Assembly: GCA_043803245.1 (NCBI GenBank)
Contig: JAZDKE010000008.1
Span: 7,088-71,087, forward strand
DNA: 64,000 nt
From: Chloroflexota bacterium
GTDB taxonomy: Bacteria > Chloroflexota > Dehalococcoidia > Dehalococcoidales > SURF-40
Direction of reading: 5' to 3'
Made by a program: the position numbers and the translations under genes. A model generated the notes under the pieces. It made no database searches, was not told the DNA's origin, and saw nothing but the letters and a program-made list of their open reading frames with translations. Position 1 is the first letter of the stretch, and each line of letters opens with the position of its first letter. Positions 8,472 to 17,507 of the stretch are shown piece after piece.

Positions 8472-9158
8472 TTACCTCTGCTGGAGCCGGTTCAGCAAGA
8501 TATTGACCGCAAGCCCCAGGAAAATCAGTATCATGCCCAGGGCGAGCGATAGCTCAAGGTCGCCTCTTGAGGTCTCGAGCGAGATGGCGGTGGTGATGGT
8601 CCGGGTAAATCCCCGGATATTGCCGCCCACCATCAGGGAAATGCCAAGCTCGGAGAAAGTGCGGCCAAAGGCCATAATAATCACCGCCAGGATGGCAAAC
8701 CTCGCCTCCCGGAGAACGAGCCAGGTCATCTGAAAGCGCCCGGCGCCAAGCGAGACGGCGGTCTCGGACACCGCTTTATCAATCCCGCTGAGCGCCGATA
8801 TGGTGAGACCGGTGACTACCGGCGCTACCAGGACCACCTGTCCGAGGATGATTGCCGCCGGGGTAAACATCAGCCCCAGACCGCCCAGGGGCCCGGCCCG
8901 GGAAATTAACACGAAGACGAAGAGGCCGACCGCGACCGTGGGCAGGCTGTAAAGGGTCTGGACGATATTGACGAGGAACCTCTTACCCGGGAAGCGGTTG
9001 AAATGGATGGCGCTGCCCAGGGGTATGAAGAGTAAAATAGCGATAACGCAGGAGGCCGCCGCCAGTGACAGCGACCTCCCGGCGATCTCCATCACCTCCG
9101 GGTCCAGCGATGTTATCAACTGGACTGCTTTAAGCAGTGCTTGCCAGAGTTCCGTCAA
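8472..9158 (-). CDS. tupB: tungstate/molybdate ABC transporter permease
   Basis: 228 aa with about 5 TM helices. It sits between the binding-protein and ATPase genes. Confidence 0.75.
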   Translation of the reverse strand: MTELWQALLKAVQLITSLDPEVMEIAGRSLSLAAASCVIAILLFIPLGSAIHFNRFPGKRFLVNIVQTLYSLPTVAVGLFVFVLISRAGPLGGLGLMFTPAAIILGQVVLVAPVVTGLTISALSGIDKAVSETAVSLGAGRFQMTWLVLREARFAILAVIIMAFGRTFSELGISLMVGGNIRGFTRTITTAISLETSRGDLELSLALGMILIFLGLAVNILLNRLQQR

Positions 9159-9185
9159 ATGGTGATTACCGCCATCCCGCTATTT

Positions 9186-10064
9186 TTATGAAGAAGGCTC
9201 TAGGCCGGTACAGGGAACAAAGAGCTTGAGCCCGTACTCTTTAACGCCGTATTTACCCAAAAGCGCCTGTATCTCGGGAGAGGTCAGGAAGTCCACCATA
9301 TTTTGGGCCATCGGAGCATTTATGCCCGGGTTCTTTTCGGGATTACCGGCGATCACCGAATAGACGTTAAGCAAAATACTCCCCTTATCAACGATGGGCA
9401 CCAGCGTGGTCTGGCCTTTGTAGGCGACAAAAGTCCCCATATCGGTAAGGGTGTAGGCCCGCTTCTCACTGGCCATCAGGATGGTTGGCCCCATACCGCG
9501 ACCACTTTCGATGTACCAGCTTCCCGCCCGCCGCACCGTCTCGTAGTCGTAGCCGGCGGCCTTCCAGATGGCCTTTTCTTTGACGTGGGTGCCCGAATCG
9601 TCCCCCCGGGAAATGAAGCTGCCCGCACCCGTCTCGTAGAGTTTCTTCGAGGCAATTTCGGGCGTCATGCCCTTGATGCCGGCCGGGTCATCGGGCGGCC
9701 CGACAATCAGGAAATAGTTGTAGGCAAAGGGGACGCGTTCGAGGCCGTAGCCATCTTTGACAAAGGCTTGCTCGCTTGCTTTGGAGTGCACCGTGATAAC
9801 ATCGACATCGCCCCTTTTCCCGTACTCGAAGGCGATGCCGGAACCGACACTTAAAACATCCACCTCGACGCCGTATTTCTTCTCGAACATCGGCTCAAGG
9901 TAGCTCCAGAGGCCGGTGTCGTAGAGGCTGGTGGTGGTGGCCACGCGGAGCCTATCCTGCTTGGTTAGCGGCGGCACCCCGGCCGAAGTCCCGCCACAGC
10001 CGGCCAGCAACAGCAGTAGTCCCGCCATCAGGAGCGGTAACGTTTTTACTTTTCCACCAATCAT
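9186..10064 (-). CDS. tupA: tungstate (TupA-type) ABC transporter substrate-binding lipoprotein
   Basis: 292 aa. Lipobox LLAGCGG. LRVATTTSLYDTGLWSYLEPMFEKKYG is a TupA-like TTTS anion-binding motif. A Moco/Tuco riboswitch lies upstream. Confidence 0.7.
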   Translation of the reverse strand: MIGGKVKTLPLLMAGLLLLLAGCGGTSAGVPPLTKQDRLRVATTTSLYDTGLWSYLEPMFEKKYGVEVDVLSVGSGIAFEYGKRGDVDVITVHSKASEQAFVKDGYGLERVPFAYNYFLIVGPPDDPAGIKGMTPEIASKKLYETGAGSFISRGDDSGTHVKEKAIWKAAGYDYETVRRAGSWYIESGRGMGPTILMASEKRAYTLTDMGTFVAYKGQTTLVPIVDKGSILLNVYSVIAGNPEKNPGINAPMAQNMVDFLTSPEIQALLGKYGVKEYGLKLFVPCTGLEPSS

Positions 10065-10157
10065 CAGTTCTACCTTTCTTCGCCACTATTTTAGGTTGAT
10101 TTCAACCGCGGGTACGGCTTTAGTGGCGGAGGGCGGGGGTAGAGAAAGCAAACCGCA

Positions 10158-10193
10158 TAATAAAGAATAAGCGCCTCACTATTTAGTAGGCGC
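10158..10193 (-). terminator. intrinsic terminator; expression platform of the upstream riboswitch
   Basis: The minus strand reads GCGCCTAC-TAAATA-GTGAGGCGC followed by TTATTCTTTATT. It lies between the aptamer and the tupA start. Confidence 0.55.
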
Positions 10194-10210
10194 TCGGAAA
10201 TAGAGAACAA

Positions 10211-10313
10211 GGCCATCTCCTTTCCAAGCACGGGAGGCACCACCGTTTCCAGTGATACCCTAACGGCCCGCCCGCCATAGGTCTCCCCTCAGGCGAACAG
10301 GCTCGGAGATTCT
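10211..10313 (-). promoter_or_regulatory. Moco/Tuco (molybdenum/tungsten cofactor) riboswitch aptamer
   Basis: The minus strand reads AUCUCCGAGCC...CACUG-GAAA-CGGUG...GUGCCUCCCG...UGGAAAGGAGAU. The conserved blocks CUCCGAGCC, GCCUCCC and GGAAAGGAG match the Moco RNA motif as I recall it. P1 pairs AUCUCC with GGAGAU. Confidence 0.7.
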
Positions 10314-10518
10314 ACCGGGTTCACTATAACACAGCCCCCGAGCACTGTCAATTCGAACGGAGATTGGTATCGTTCCCAATTAGTTGAATTACCTTCTCAC
10401 GGAGAGTCAGATGTCAGCTAACGTAGATTTGACAATCCTGCCAGTGGTGCTATACTGTCCCATAGTGGTTATCTCACCTTTAAGCAGTTTCAAACACGGC
10501 GACAGGAAGCGGGGGACA

Positions 10519-11151
10519 ATGACCGAAGACAGACTTGCCATCTTTATTGACGGCAGTAACCTTTATCACGCTCTGAGGAGCAATTTCCAGCGTTATGACC
10601 TCAACTTCGACGGCTTCACCGCCAAGCTCTGCGGCTCCCGCCGCCTCTTCCGCACCTATTACTACAACGCTCTCCAGGACCCGGCGCTGCGGCCCGAGGG
10701 CTACCGGGAGCAGCAGGAGTTCCTGGACATCTTGAGCAAGACCCCGCGCCTGGAAGTCCGCCTGGGCGGCACCAAGACGGCGCAGGGAGTGCCGGTGGAA
10801 AAGGGCGTTGACATTATGCTGGCCACCGACCTGCTCAATTTCGCCTGGCTCGACTTCTACGACGTGGCGATACTGGTGAGCGGCGACGCCGATTTTGCCT
10901 ATGCGCTCCAGTCGGTGAAGAATATGGGCAAGCACGTCGAGGTGGCTTACTTCGAAAGCGGTATCTCGCGGGACCTTTTGAACGTGGCCGACCATCACCA
11001 GCTGCTCGACCGCAGCTTCTTTGACGGTCTCTGGGCCAGGCAACGCCGGGTAAGACGCCGCCGGGGGACACCCGCCGTCGTCCGCGAGCGGCCACTGCCG
11101 CCGCACCCTCCGGGCGAAATTGATCACGGGGCGGCGGCCACTTTCCAGTAA
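10519..11151 (+). CDS. NYN-domain (LabA/DUF88-like) protein
   Basis: LAIFIDGSNLYHAL, VEKGVDIMLATDLL and YDVAILVSGDADFAYAL. I prefer ATG 10519 (SD AGGAAGCGGGGG upstream) over the track start at 10384. Confidence 0.75.
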   Translation: MTEDRLAIFIDGSNLYHALRSNFQRYDLNFDGFTAKLCGSRRLFRTYYYNALQDPALRPEGYREQQEFLDILSKTPRLEVRLGGTKTAQGVPVEKGVDIMLATDLLNFAWLDFYDVAILVSGDADFAYALQSVKNMGKHVEVAYFESGISRDLLNVADHHQLLDRSFFDGLWARQRRVRRRRGTPAVVRERPLPPHPPGEIDHGAAATFQ

Positions 11152-11163
11152 GGGAGGCTTTCG

Positions 11164-11652
11164 ATGGCCGATGAAACCAGGCCTGAGCTCACACCGATGC
11201 CTGCCGAGCAGCTTGAAAAGCACCTGACCCAGTTCATCAACGCCCATAATGTCTGCGTCCTGGCTACCGCCCGGGATAATATTCCCCGTGCCACGCCGCT
11301 GGAATACGAGGCCGAAGGGACGACGCTCTACATTATGGCCGGCCCGGGCCAAAAGCTGGAAAACTTGAAAGCCAACCCGCTGGTGGGCGCCGCCATCCAC
11401 GACCCGCTCAAGGGCTGGCAGACGGTGAAAGGCATCCAGATTACCGGCCGGGCCAGCTTGATTACCGACCAGAGCTCGGAATACCAGGGTGCCTGGAAGG
11501 TCTTTAACCGCGCCAACGCCGACAAAGACGGCTGGGACGTACCGCCTCCCGGGCGCACCCTCCTCAAAATCGAAGCGGACAAAATCGAACTGATGGAAAC
11601 CAGCCTTAAGAAAAAGGGATTCAAAATCAGGCAGACCTGGGGGAAGGCTTAA
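11164..11652 (+). CDS. pyridoxamine 5'-phosphate oxidase-family (FMN-binding split-barrel) protein
   Basis: 162 aa. NVCVLATARDNIPRATPLEYEAEGTTLYIMAGPGQKLENLKANP. Confidence 0.75.
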   Translation: MADETRPELTPMPAEQLEKHLTQFINAHNVCVLATARDNIPRATPLEYEAEGTTLYIMAGPGQKLENLKANPLVGAAIHDPLKGWQTVKGIQITGRASLITDQSSEYQGAWKVFNRANADKDGWDVPPPGRTLLKIEADKIELMETSLKKKGFKIRQTWGKA

Positions 11653-11815
11653 CTTTTAGGGTATGGTCTCAGAAATGTTAAGCCCCCTCTTTGAGAAGGG
11701 CCTGAAAATTCGGCAGAGCCGGGGGAAGGCTTAACTTTAAAACGTGGCCGTAGTAATTTAAGCCCTTCCTTGAAAAAAACATAAAAGTTCGCCGGACGCG
11801 GGGAAAGGTTTAACG
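11623..11815. repeat. degenerate tandem repeat: about 2.4 copies of a 78-82 bp unit, each full unit containing a long imperfect hairpin
   Basis: Units start at 11623, 11705 and 11783 (AAAATCAGGCAGACCTGGGGGAAGGCTTAAC / AAAATTCGGCAGAGCCGGGGGAAGGCTTAAC / AAAAGTTCGCCGGACGCGGGGAAAGGTTTAAC). The hairpin arms are GGCTTAAC...GTTAAGCC. Confidence 0.8.
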
Positions 11816-11820
11816 ACAAA

Positions 11821-12639
11821 ATGACCGGTGAAATATTAACCTTCTTTCGCTCATTCTTCCACCTGACACCGTGGGGAGTTGGCCTCGCCGTAGCCTTCGG
11901 GGTAGTCTGGCTGGCGGGATTTTTGCCGCCATTTCACCGAAAGCCCTGGCTGGGGGCGGTACTGGTCGCAAGCGCCATATTAACCCTGGCCGCCATCACT
12001 TTCATCCAGATACCGCTCCAATTATTTATCGGCGACACGCTCTCCCGCTTTTTCAGCTGGCCGACCGTGCTGGACTGGATGCTCCTTGCGAGCATACCGG
12101 GTATCTCTGTCAGCGGTCTCGTCCAGGAAGGTGCTAAAATGGTGCCCCAGATGTTCTTCTGGTGGCGACAGGGAAGAAAGCTTAATCCCAAACTGGGGCT
12201 TTGTCTCGGGGCGGTAGCCGGTGCCGGCTTCGGCATCTTCGAAGCTAACTGGATACACAGTCTCGTCCTGTCCTCTGGTTGGAGCTGGTCGGTCGTTAAT
12301 GATAACGGTCTTATCGGGCTGGCACCGTTCATAGAACGCTTCTTCGTGGTCGCTTTTCATATCGGGACTTCGGCGCTGGTCGGTTACGGGCTGGCCCGGG
12401 GCTGGGGCTGGCAGTTCTACCTTATCGCCTCGCTGCTGCACGCCATCCTGAACTACGCGACAATTATGCTGCAGGCCGGGGTTATTTCGGGCCTGTGGGT
12501 AGAAATTTTTACCGTCGTCTGGGCGGTTGCGGTTATTGGCAGCGCTCTCTGGCTGCGCTGGAGGAGGGAGCAACCTGCGGCTGAACCGGTTGCTGAGCCG
12601 GTCATGCCGGAAACTAGCCCAGGCCAACCCTCTCCTTGA
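11821..12639 (+). CDS. polytopic membrane protein of unknown function (possibly a YhfC/CPBP-like intramembrane protease)
   Basis: 272 aa with about 7 hydrophobic helices. It has conserved-looking E (LVQEGAKM) and H (VVAFHIGTSAL) residues. The family assignment is a guess. Confidence 0.5.
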   Translation: MTGEILTFFRSFFHLTPWGVGLAVAFGVVWLAGFLPPFHRKPWLGAVLVASAILTLAAITFIQIPLQLFIGDTLSRFFSWPTVLDWMLLASIPGISVSGLVQEGAKMVPQMFFWWRQGRKLNPKLGLCLGAVAGAGFGIFEANWIHSLVLSSGWSWSVVNDNGLIGLAPFIERFFVVAFHIGTSALVGYGLARGWGWQFYLIASLLHAILNYATIMLQAGVISGLWVEIFTVVWAVAVIGSALWLRWRREQPAAEPVAEPVMPETSPGQPSP

Positions 12640-13597
12640 CACGGGTGAGGATACCCTCGGCGATGGGGCGGAGCCTGTCGGCGCCGGCGGCGAGCAGATT
12701 GTCGAGGCAGGCCGGGTCGGCGACGAGTTCCCGATAGCGGGTCTGGAGCGGGCTTAAGCCGGCGACCACGACCTCGGCCAGTTCCCGTTTCAAATCAGCG
12801 TAACCCTTGCCTTCAAAGCGGGCTTCTATCTCCGGCCGGGGAAGCTTGCTGAACAGCTCGTAGATGACCAGAAGGTTGTTCACGCCGGGGCGGTTTGGGT
12901 CGAAGCGGATTTCCCGCTGCGAGTCGGTGGTAGCCCGCATAATCTTGGCCCGGATAGTGTCGGGCGGGTCAAGCAGATTGATGGCGTGGCCGGAACCTTC
13001 CCCGCTCTTGCTCATTTTCGAATTCGGGTCGTCAAACCCCATGATGCGGGCGCCAACTTCGGGGATTACCGGCCTGGGCAGCTTGAAAGTCGGGCCGTAG
13101 ATGGTGTTGAACCGCTGGGCGGTGTCCCGCGCCAGCTCGACGTGCTGCTTCTGGTCTTCACCCACCGGTACCAAATCGGTGTCGTAGAGCAGTATGTCGG
13201 CGGCCATCAGCGCCGGGTAGTCGAAAAGGCCGACGCTCACCGGCTCCTTCTGCCCCTGCGACTTGTCCTTGAACTGGGTCATCCGCTGCATCCAGCCCAT
13301 GGGGATGACGCAGTTTAGAATCCAGGTCAGTTCGGCGTGGGCGCTGATATGTGACTGGACGAAGATGGTTGATACCTCGGGGTCGATGCCGCTGGCCAGC
13401 AAAAGGCCGGCCACCTCGCGGGTCTTGGCTTTCAGCGCCGCCGGGTCCTGGAAGACGGTGATGGCGTGCAGGTCAACGATACAGAAGATGCTCTCATAGG
13501 CTGCCTGGCCGGCGACCCACTGCCGGATGGCGGCCAGGTAGTTGCCGATGTGGATGTTGCCGGTGGGCTGAATGCCCGAGAAGACCCGCTTTTTCAC
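12614..13597 (-). CDS. trpS: tryptophan--tRNA ligase
   Basis: 327 aa. SGIQPTGNIHIGNYLAA (HIGH-type motif) and KMSKS. GTG start. Confidence 0.95.
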   Translation of the reverse strand: MKKRVFSGIQPTGNIHIGNYLAAIRQWVAGQAAYESIFCIVDLHAITVFQDPAALKAKTREVAGLLLASGIDPEVSTIFVQSHISAHAELTWILNCVIPMGWMQRMTQFKDKSQGQKEPVSVGLFDYPALMAADILLYDTDLVPVGEDQKQHVELARDTAQRFNTIYGPTFKLPRPVIPEVGARIMGFDDPNSKMSKSGEGSGHAINLLDPPDTIRAKIMRATTDSQREIRFDPNRPGVNNLLVIYELFSKLPRPEIEARFEGKGYADLKRELAEVVVAGLSPLQTRYRELVADPACLDNLLAAGADRLRPIAEGILTRVKERVGLG

Positions 13598-13638
13598 GCT
13601 TTCCTTTACCCCCAGAAAATGGCAAATTACCGAAATTG

Positions 13639-13647
13639 ATTATATCA
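13639..13647 (-). promoter_or_regulatory. extended -10 promoter element upstream of trpS
   Basis: The minus strand reads TGATATAAT (TGnTATAAT), about 42 nt upstream of the trpS GTG. Confidence 0.35.
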
Positions 13648-13870
13648 CCAGTGACGGGTTACGTGTCCAGCCCGGGGCCGCATAAAATTGACGGCTCCGC
13701 ATCGGGGAGATAACCCTGATTGCGCTGGCCAGGACGGAAATAGGCCAGTGGCCCATGCGGAAGGGATTTACCTTCATCGGCTATAAAAGTCCTATGGCGG
13801 TGGTCGTGGTCTCCCCGGGGGGCAAATGCGCCTTAAGCCCGGACGGGCAGGCAGTCGCCACCAGAGCGGC

Positions 13871-14683
13871 TTATTGAGGAAGCCCCGGAGCTTGGGGAGC
13901 TGCTCCGGAGGGTCTCCTCTGGGACTGGCGCCGCCGGTAATGGCGATAGACCATCACCGCCAGCGCAATGATGATACCGAGGCCGCTAATCCAGCGCGCG
14001 GTGGGGATGCCGCCCAGAGTCCAGACATTAATCTTGAGCCCTTCCAGGAAAAAGCGCCCGATGCCGTAGTAGATGACGTACAGGTAAAAGATGTCGCCGG
14101 CCAGGAGACGGTCTTTCAGCTTGCGGCCCACCAGCAGCAGCAGCACGCAGCCGAGGGCGTCCCAGAGCGATTCGTAGAGAAAGAGGGGCTGGAAATGGGT
14201 CGCGTTTTCAAAGCCGGGCAGCCGGTGCTGCGGGTCGATGTATATTCCCCAGGGCAGACTGGTGGGGTAGCCGTAAAGCTCCTGGTTGAAGAAATTGCCC
14301 CAGCGCCCGATGGCCTGCGCTAAAATCACACCGGGGGCGGCGATGTCCAGCCAGCGCAGGGTGGATATTTTCCGCCACCGGGTGTAGATAATGAAGCCGA
14401 TGACCCCGCCGATAACCGCGCCGTAAATGCCCAGCCCATCCCCGCCGATAATCAGGGAGGGATTCTTTGAGTAATAAGCCCACTGGTCAATCACGTGGTA
14501 GAGGCGGGCGCCGATGATGCCCAGCGGCAGGCCCACCAGCGCCAGGTTGATGACGTGGTCGGTTGCCTCACCCCGCCGCCTGGCCTCGACGAACGATAGC
14601 AGCACCGCCGCGATAACCCCGGTCATAATCATGATGCCGTACCAGGCAACGGTGATGGGCCCGAGACGAAAAGCGATTCCCAA
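13871..14683 (-). CDS. lgt: prolipoprotein diacylglyceryl transferase
   Basis: 270 aa. WYGIMIMTGVIAA, GARLYHV and GRWGNFFNQELYG. Confidence 0.95.
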   Translation of the reverse strand: MGIAFRLGPITVAWYGIMIMTGVIAAVLLSFVEARRRGEATDHVINLALVGLPLGIIGARLYHVIDQWAYYSKNPSLIIGGDGLGIYGAVIGGVIGFIIYTRWRKISTLRWLDIAAPGVILAQAIGRWGNFFNQELYGYPTSLPWGIYIDPQHRLPGFENATHFQPLFLYESLWDALGCVLLLLVGRKLKDRLLAGDIFYLYVIYYGIGRFFLEGLKINVWTLGGIPTARWISGLGIIIALAVMVYRHYRRRQSQRRPSGAAPQAPGLPQ

Positions 14684-14709
14684 AGTACTTCCTCCAGGTC
14701 GGTGCCGGA

Positions 14710-15588
14710 TTACTTTTTAGCTAGTTTCCGGGTGGGGTTCCGGGCCTCGCAGGGCACCCGCGTCTGGCACAGGCCGCACCCCGGCATCCTGACCCCGTAC
14801 TTTTCCTTCAAATGGTGGTGCTTTAAGTTATACGCGCGGCATTTTGCCCGGTCGCGGCTGCTTGCCGATATGGCGCCGGCGGGGCAGCGACCGATGCAGG
14901 CCCGGCAGTCTACGCCGGCGTAAAAAAGGCAGTTGGCGTAGAGGCTACCCGCCCTGGGGCCGGGCGGCAATACCAGGTCGGTGATGACGCTGCCGGTACT
15001 GGGGCTAATCCCCCGCTCGGTGATGAACTGGTCGGACAGGCCGAAGGTGCCGAGGCCGGTGGCGTAGGCCACGTGCCTTTCTGACCAGTTTGAATAACCG
15101 CCCGGAGAGTGAGTGTCGGCGATGAAGTAGGCCTCCCTCAGCGGGGCTACCGCCAGGTGCCCCCGCCGCTTGAGAAAAGCGACCAGGTGCTCGCGCAGAG
15201 CGTTGTTGAACCGGCCTCCGTGCTCGCGGGCCAGCGCCGCGATGCGAGCGGTGATTTTGCTGCGGCGGCGGTTTGAGTTCCGGACCTGCCTGGTGAAAAT
15301 CAGCGCCCAGCCGATGACGGAGAGGCGGGGCGGCACCTTCCCGGAACTTTTTTTCAAAGTCCTTGCCATGGCTTCCCGGGGTGTCAGGTGCTTTGGACCA
15401 ATCATCGTCTTGAACTCGGTGAAGATGGCGTCATCACCGCTAGCGAACCCTACCAGCGGCTCCTCAAAGATGGGGATATTGTCCGGCTCCGGCAGGCGGT
15501 TTAAGGGGCTTTCGTGCCAGAACGCCAGGATTTCTTTTTCGACCAGCCCGGCCATCTCATCCGGCTTGGCCACTTTTTCGGCTGACAT
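14710..15588 (-). CDS. QueG/RdhA-superfamily Fe-S protein (epoxyqueuosine-reductase-like)
   Basis: SERHVAYATGLGTFGLS, CRACIGRCPAGAI and CGLCQTRVPCEARNP. I prefer ATG 15588 because it does not overlap the upstream gene; the track ORF extends to 15702. Confidence 0.6.
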   Translation of the reverse strand: MSAEKVAKPDEMAGLVEKEILAFWHESPLNRLPEPDNIPIFEEPLVGFASGDDAIFTEFKTMIGPKHLTPREAMARTLKKSSGKVPPRLSVIGWALIFTRQVRNSNRRRSKITARIAALAREHGGRFNNALREHLVAFLKRRGHLAVAPLREAYFIADTHSPGGYSNWSERHVAYATGLGTFGLSDQFITERGISPSTGSVITDLVLPPGPRAGSLYANCLFYAGVDCRACIGRCPAGAISASSRDRAKCRAYNLKHHHLKEKYGVRMPGCGLCQTRVPCEARNPTRKLAKK

Positions 15589-15608
15589 TATCTGCCCCGT
15601 ACCTCTTT

Positions 15609-16559
15609 TCAAGTGGACCTGATTTCCTGCCGCATGAAGATTAGGTAGCTTACCCCGAAGCTCACGATAGTCAGTCCCAGGATGGTGGCGAGGTGTGGCC
15701 AAACCAAAAGCAGGGTCTGGCCCAGCGAGAGAGGCGTCGGAATCATCCAGGACGCCAGCCCAGAGGCAATTATCCCGATGATACCCATGAGACTGCCGGC
15801 CAGCGGCGGTTGCAGGAGCACGTTTGAGACCTCCAGGAATACGTAGTTGGGGGAAAAGCGCAGGAGCGCCTGTTGCGTGCTGATGTTATTGATGGCCGCC
15901 TCCACCGTGCCCGCACTGGTGGGGGCGAGGACATTGGCTATGCTTGGCGCAATCAGGAAGATATAGAAAAACCCGAAGAAAAGCCACAGGGCCACCGAGC
16001 TGAGCAGCGAGGTCGCGGTGTGCCGGAACACCACCGAAAACAGTATCGCCATGCCCATCCAGAAAGCGCCGTAACCGATGGTGAAGAAGCCGTAGAGGAA
16101 AAGCCGGTAGACCTCTTCCTGGGTCGGCGGGACACCGATGAGACGAAGGCCGAAACCGGCGATGAGCAGCATGGTGGTTGCCACCATCACCGAAAGGGTC
16201 ACCAGCCCTGCCAAAAACTTGGCGTTGATAACGCTATCGCGGTAAATCGGCTGGGACAGGATGCGGCCTAAAGTGCCGCTGGCGCGCTCACCTACGATGG
16301 CGTCAAAACCGAGGGCGATACCGATGACCGGGATGAAAAATAGCGCCATGAAGTTCATAAAGGAAAAGAGTTGCGGGACGTCCGCCGTCTGGGTGGTATA
16401 AAGCCGCAGGAAGATAAGCTCGCTACCGGCGCTCGCCCGGATGCCCTTATAGTCGGCGTAAAGGGTGGCGGCGCTCACCAGTATCGCCAGTAAAAGCAGT
16501 ATCAGGAAGCGGAAGCTGTTAAAGTTGTCGGCCAGTTCTTTGCGGAAGATGGTCCTCAT
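15609..16559 (-). CDS. ABC-2-type exporter permease
   Basis: 316 aa with about 6 TM helices. It overlaps the ATPase gene by 4 nt. Confidence 0.75.
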   Translation of the reverse strand: MRTIFRKELADNFNSFRFLILLLLAILVSAATLYADYKGIRASAGSELIFLRLYTTQTADVPQLFSFMNFMALFFIPVIGIALGFDAIVGERASGTLGRILSQPIYRDSVINAKFLAGLVTLSVMVATTMLLIAGFGLRLIGVPPTQEEVYRLFLYGFFTIGYGAFWMGMAILFSVVFRHTATSLLSSVALWLFFGFFYIFLIAPSIANVLAPTSAGTVEAAINNISTQQALLRFSPNYVFLEVSNVLLQPPLAGSLMGIIGIIASGLASWMIPTPLSLGQTLLLVWPHLATILGLTIVSFGVSYLIFMRQEIRST

Positions 16560-17503
16560 TTGCCGGTCTCACCTTCACGGAAGTACTTCATATAGATGTC
16601 GTCAAGGGTGAGTTCCTGGATTTTAATTTCGACCAGGGGGATGTTGTTGGCCACCACGGTTTTGGCGATTTCCGACCTGATGTCGGTATCGGTGTTTATC
16701 ACCAGGCGGTTGTCCTTCGCCGACACGTTGCTCACCCCGCTGATGCTTTTTATAATGTCCGCCAGGCCGGCGGCTCCCTCACCGGTGGCCACCTCAATGC
16801 GGTAGCGGCTCTCACCTTGAGCTCGCTGGCTGAGTTCGTCGAGGGAACCCTCGACCACCAGTTTACCCCGGGCCAGGATGCCCACCCGGTGGCAGACGCG
16901 CTGTACCTCGTAGAGACGGTGGCTGGACATCATCACCGTGGTGCCCTCCGCCGGCAGCCCGGCGATAATGTCGAGCACCTGGCTGATGCCTTCGGGGTCA
17001 AGCCCGGCGGTCGGCTCGTCAAAAATGGCGACTTTGGGGTTCTTAATCAGGACATCGGCGATGCCCAGGCGCTGCTTCATCCCCTTGGAGAACTTACCCA
17101 CCGCCAGGTCCGCCGCCCGCGCGATGCCGACCTTTTCCAGAAGCTCGTCGCCGCGCCGTCGTGAGTCCCCAGCGCTGATGCCGTTGAACTGGGCGATGAG
17201 GTCGAGGTTCTCACGCGCGGTGAGATTATCGTAGAAACCCAGCTTCTCAGGCATGTAGCCCACCAGGCGCTTTACTTTGAGGGGCTCCCGGGCCGGGTCA
17301 AAACCCCCGATTTGGGCGCTGCCCGAAGTTGGCTCGGTGAGCCCGAGGAGCATCAGGATGGTCGTGGTCTTACCGGCGCCGTTGGGACCCAGCAGACCAA
17401 AGGCCTGGTTTTCCCCGATTGCCAGGTTCAACCGGTCAACCACGGTGACACCGTCATAGCGTTTGGAAAGGTCTCTGGTCTCAACGGCTACTCCCCGGCT
17501 CAT
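16556..17503 (-). CDS. ABC transporter ATP-binding protein
   Basis: Walker A GPNGAGKTT, signature FSKGMKQRL, Walker B AIFDEPTAGLD. I prefer ATG 17503 (SD GAGGTG; it follows the stop of the upstream gene). Confidence 0.85.
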   Translation of the reverse strand: MSRGVAVETRDLSKRYDGVTVVDRLNLAIGENQAFGLLGPNGAGKTTTILMLLGLTEPTSGSAQIGGFDPAREPLKVKRLVGYMPEKLGFYDNLTARENLDLIAQFNGISAGDSRRRGDELLEKVGIARAADLAVGKFSKGMKQRLGIADVLIKNPKVAIFDEPTAGLDPEGISQVLDIIAGLPAEGTTVMMSSHRLYEVQRVCHRVGILARGKLVVEGSLDELSQRAQGESRYRIEVATGEGAAGLADIIKSISGVSNVSAKDNRLVINTDTDIRSEIAKTVVANNIPLVEIKIQELTLDDIYMKYFREGETGK

Positions 17504-17507
17504 CACC

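Noticed and set aside
10480-11400. 306-aa minus-strand ORF spanning the NYN and PNPOx genes
   Set aside because: It is antisense to two well-supported plus-strand genes, crosses their intergenic gap, and is Arg/Gly/Pro-rich with no recognisable motif. The same reasoning applies to the other long antisense ORFs, for example 20099..20818, 24073..24708, 29659..30486, 42026..42817 and 55962..56723.
11623-11815. CRISPR array
   Set aside because: There are only about 2.4 degenerate ~80-bp units with no unique spacers between short identical repeats, and no cas genes nearby. It is a tandem duplication or hairpin element.
14710-15702. Reductive dehalogenase (RdhA)
   Set aside because: It has no Tat signal (RRxFxK), no adjacent rdhB anchor gene, and is shorter than a typical RdhA. 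The sequence pattern fits the QueG-like branch of the superfamily better.
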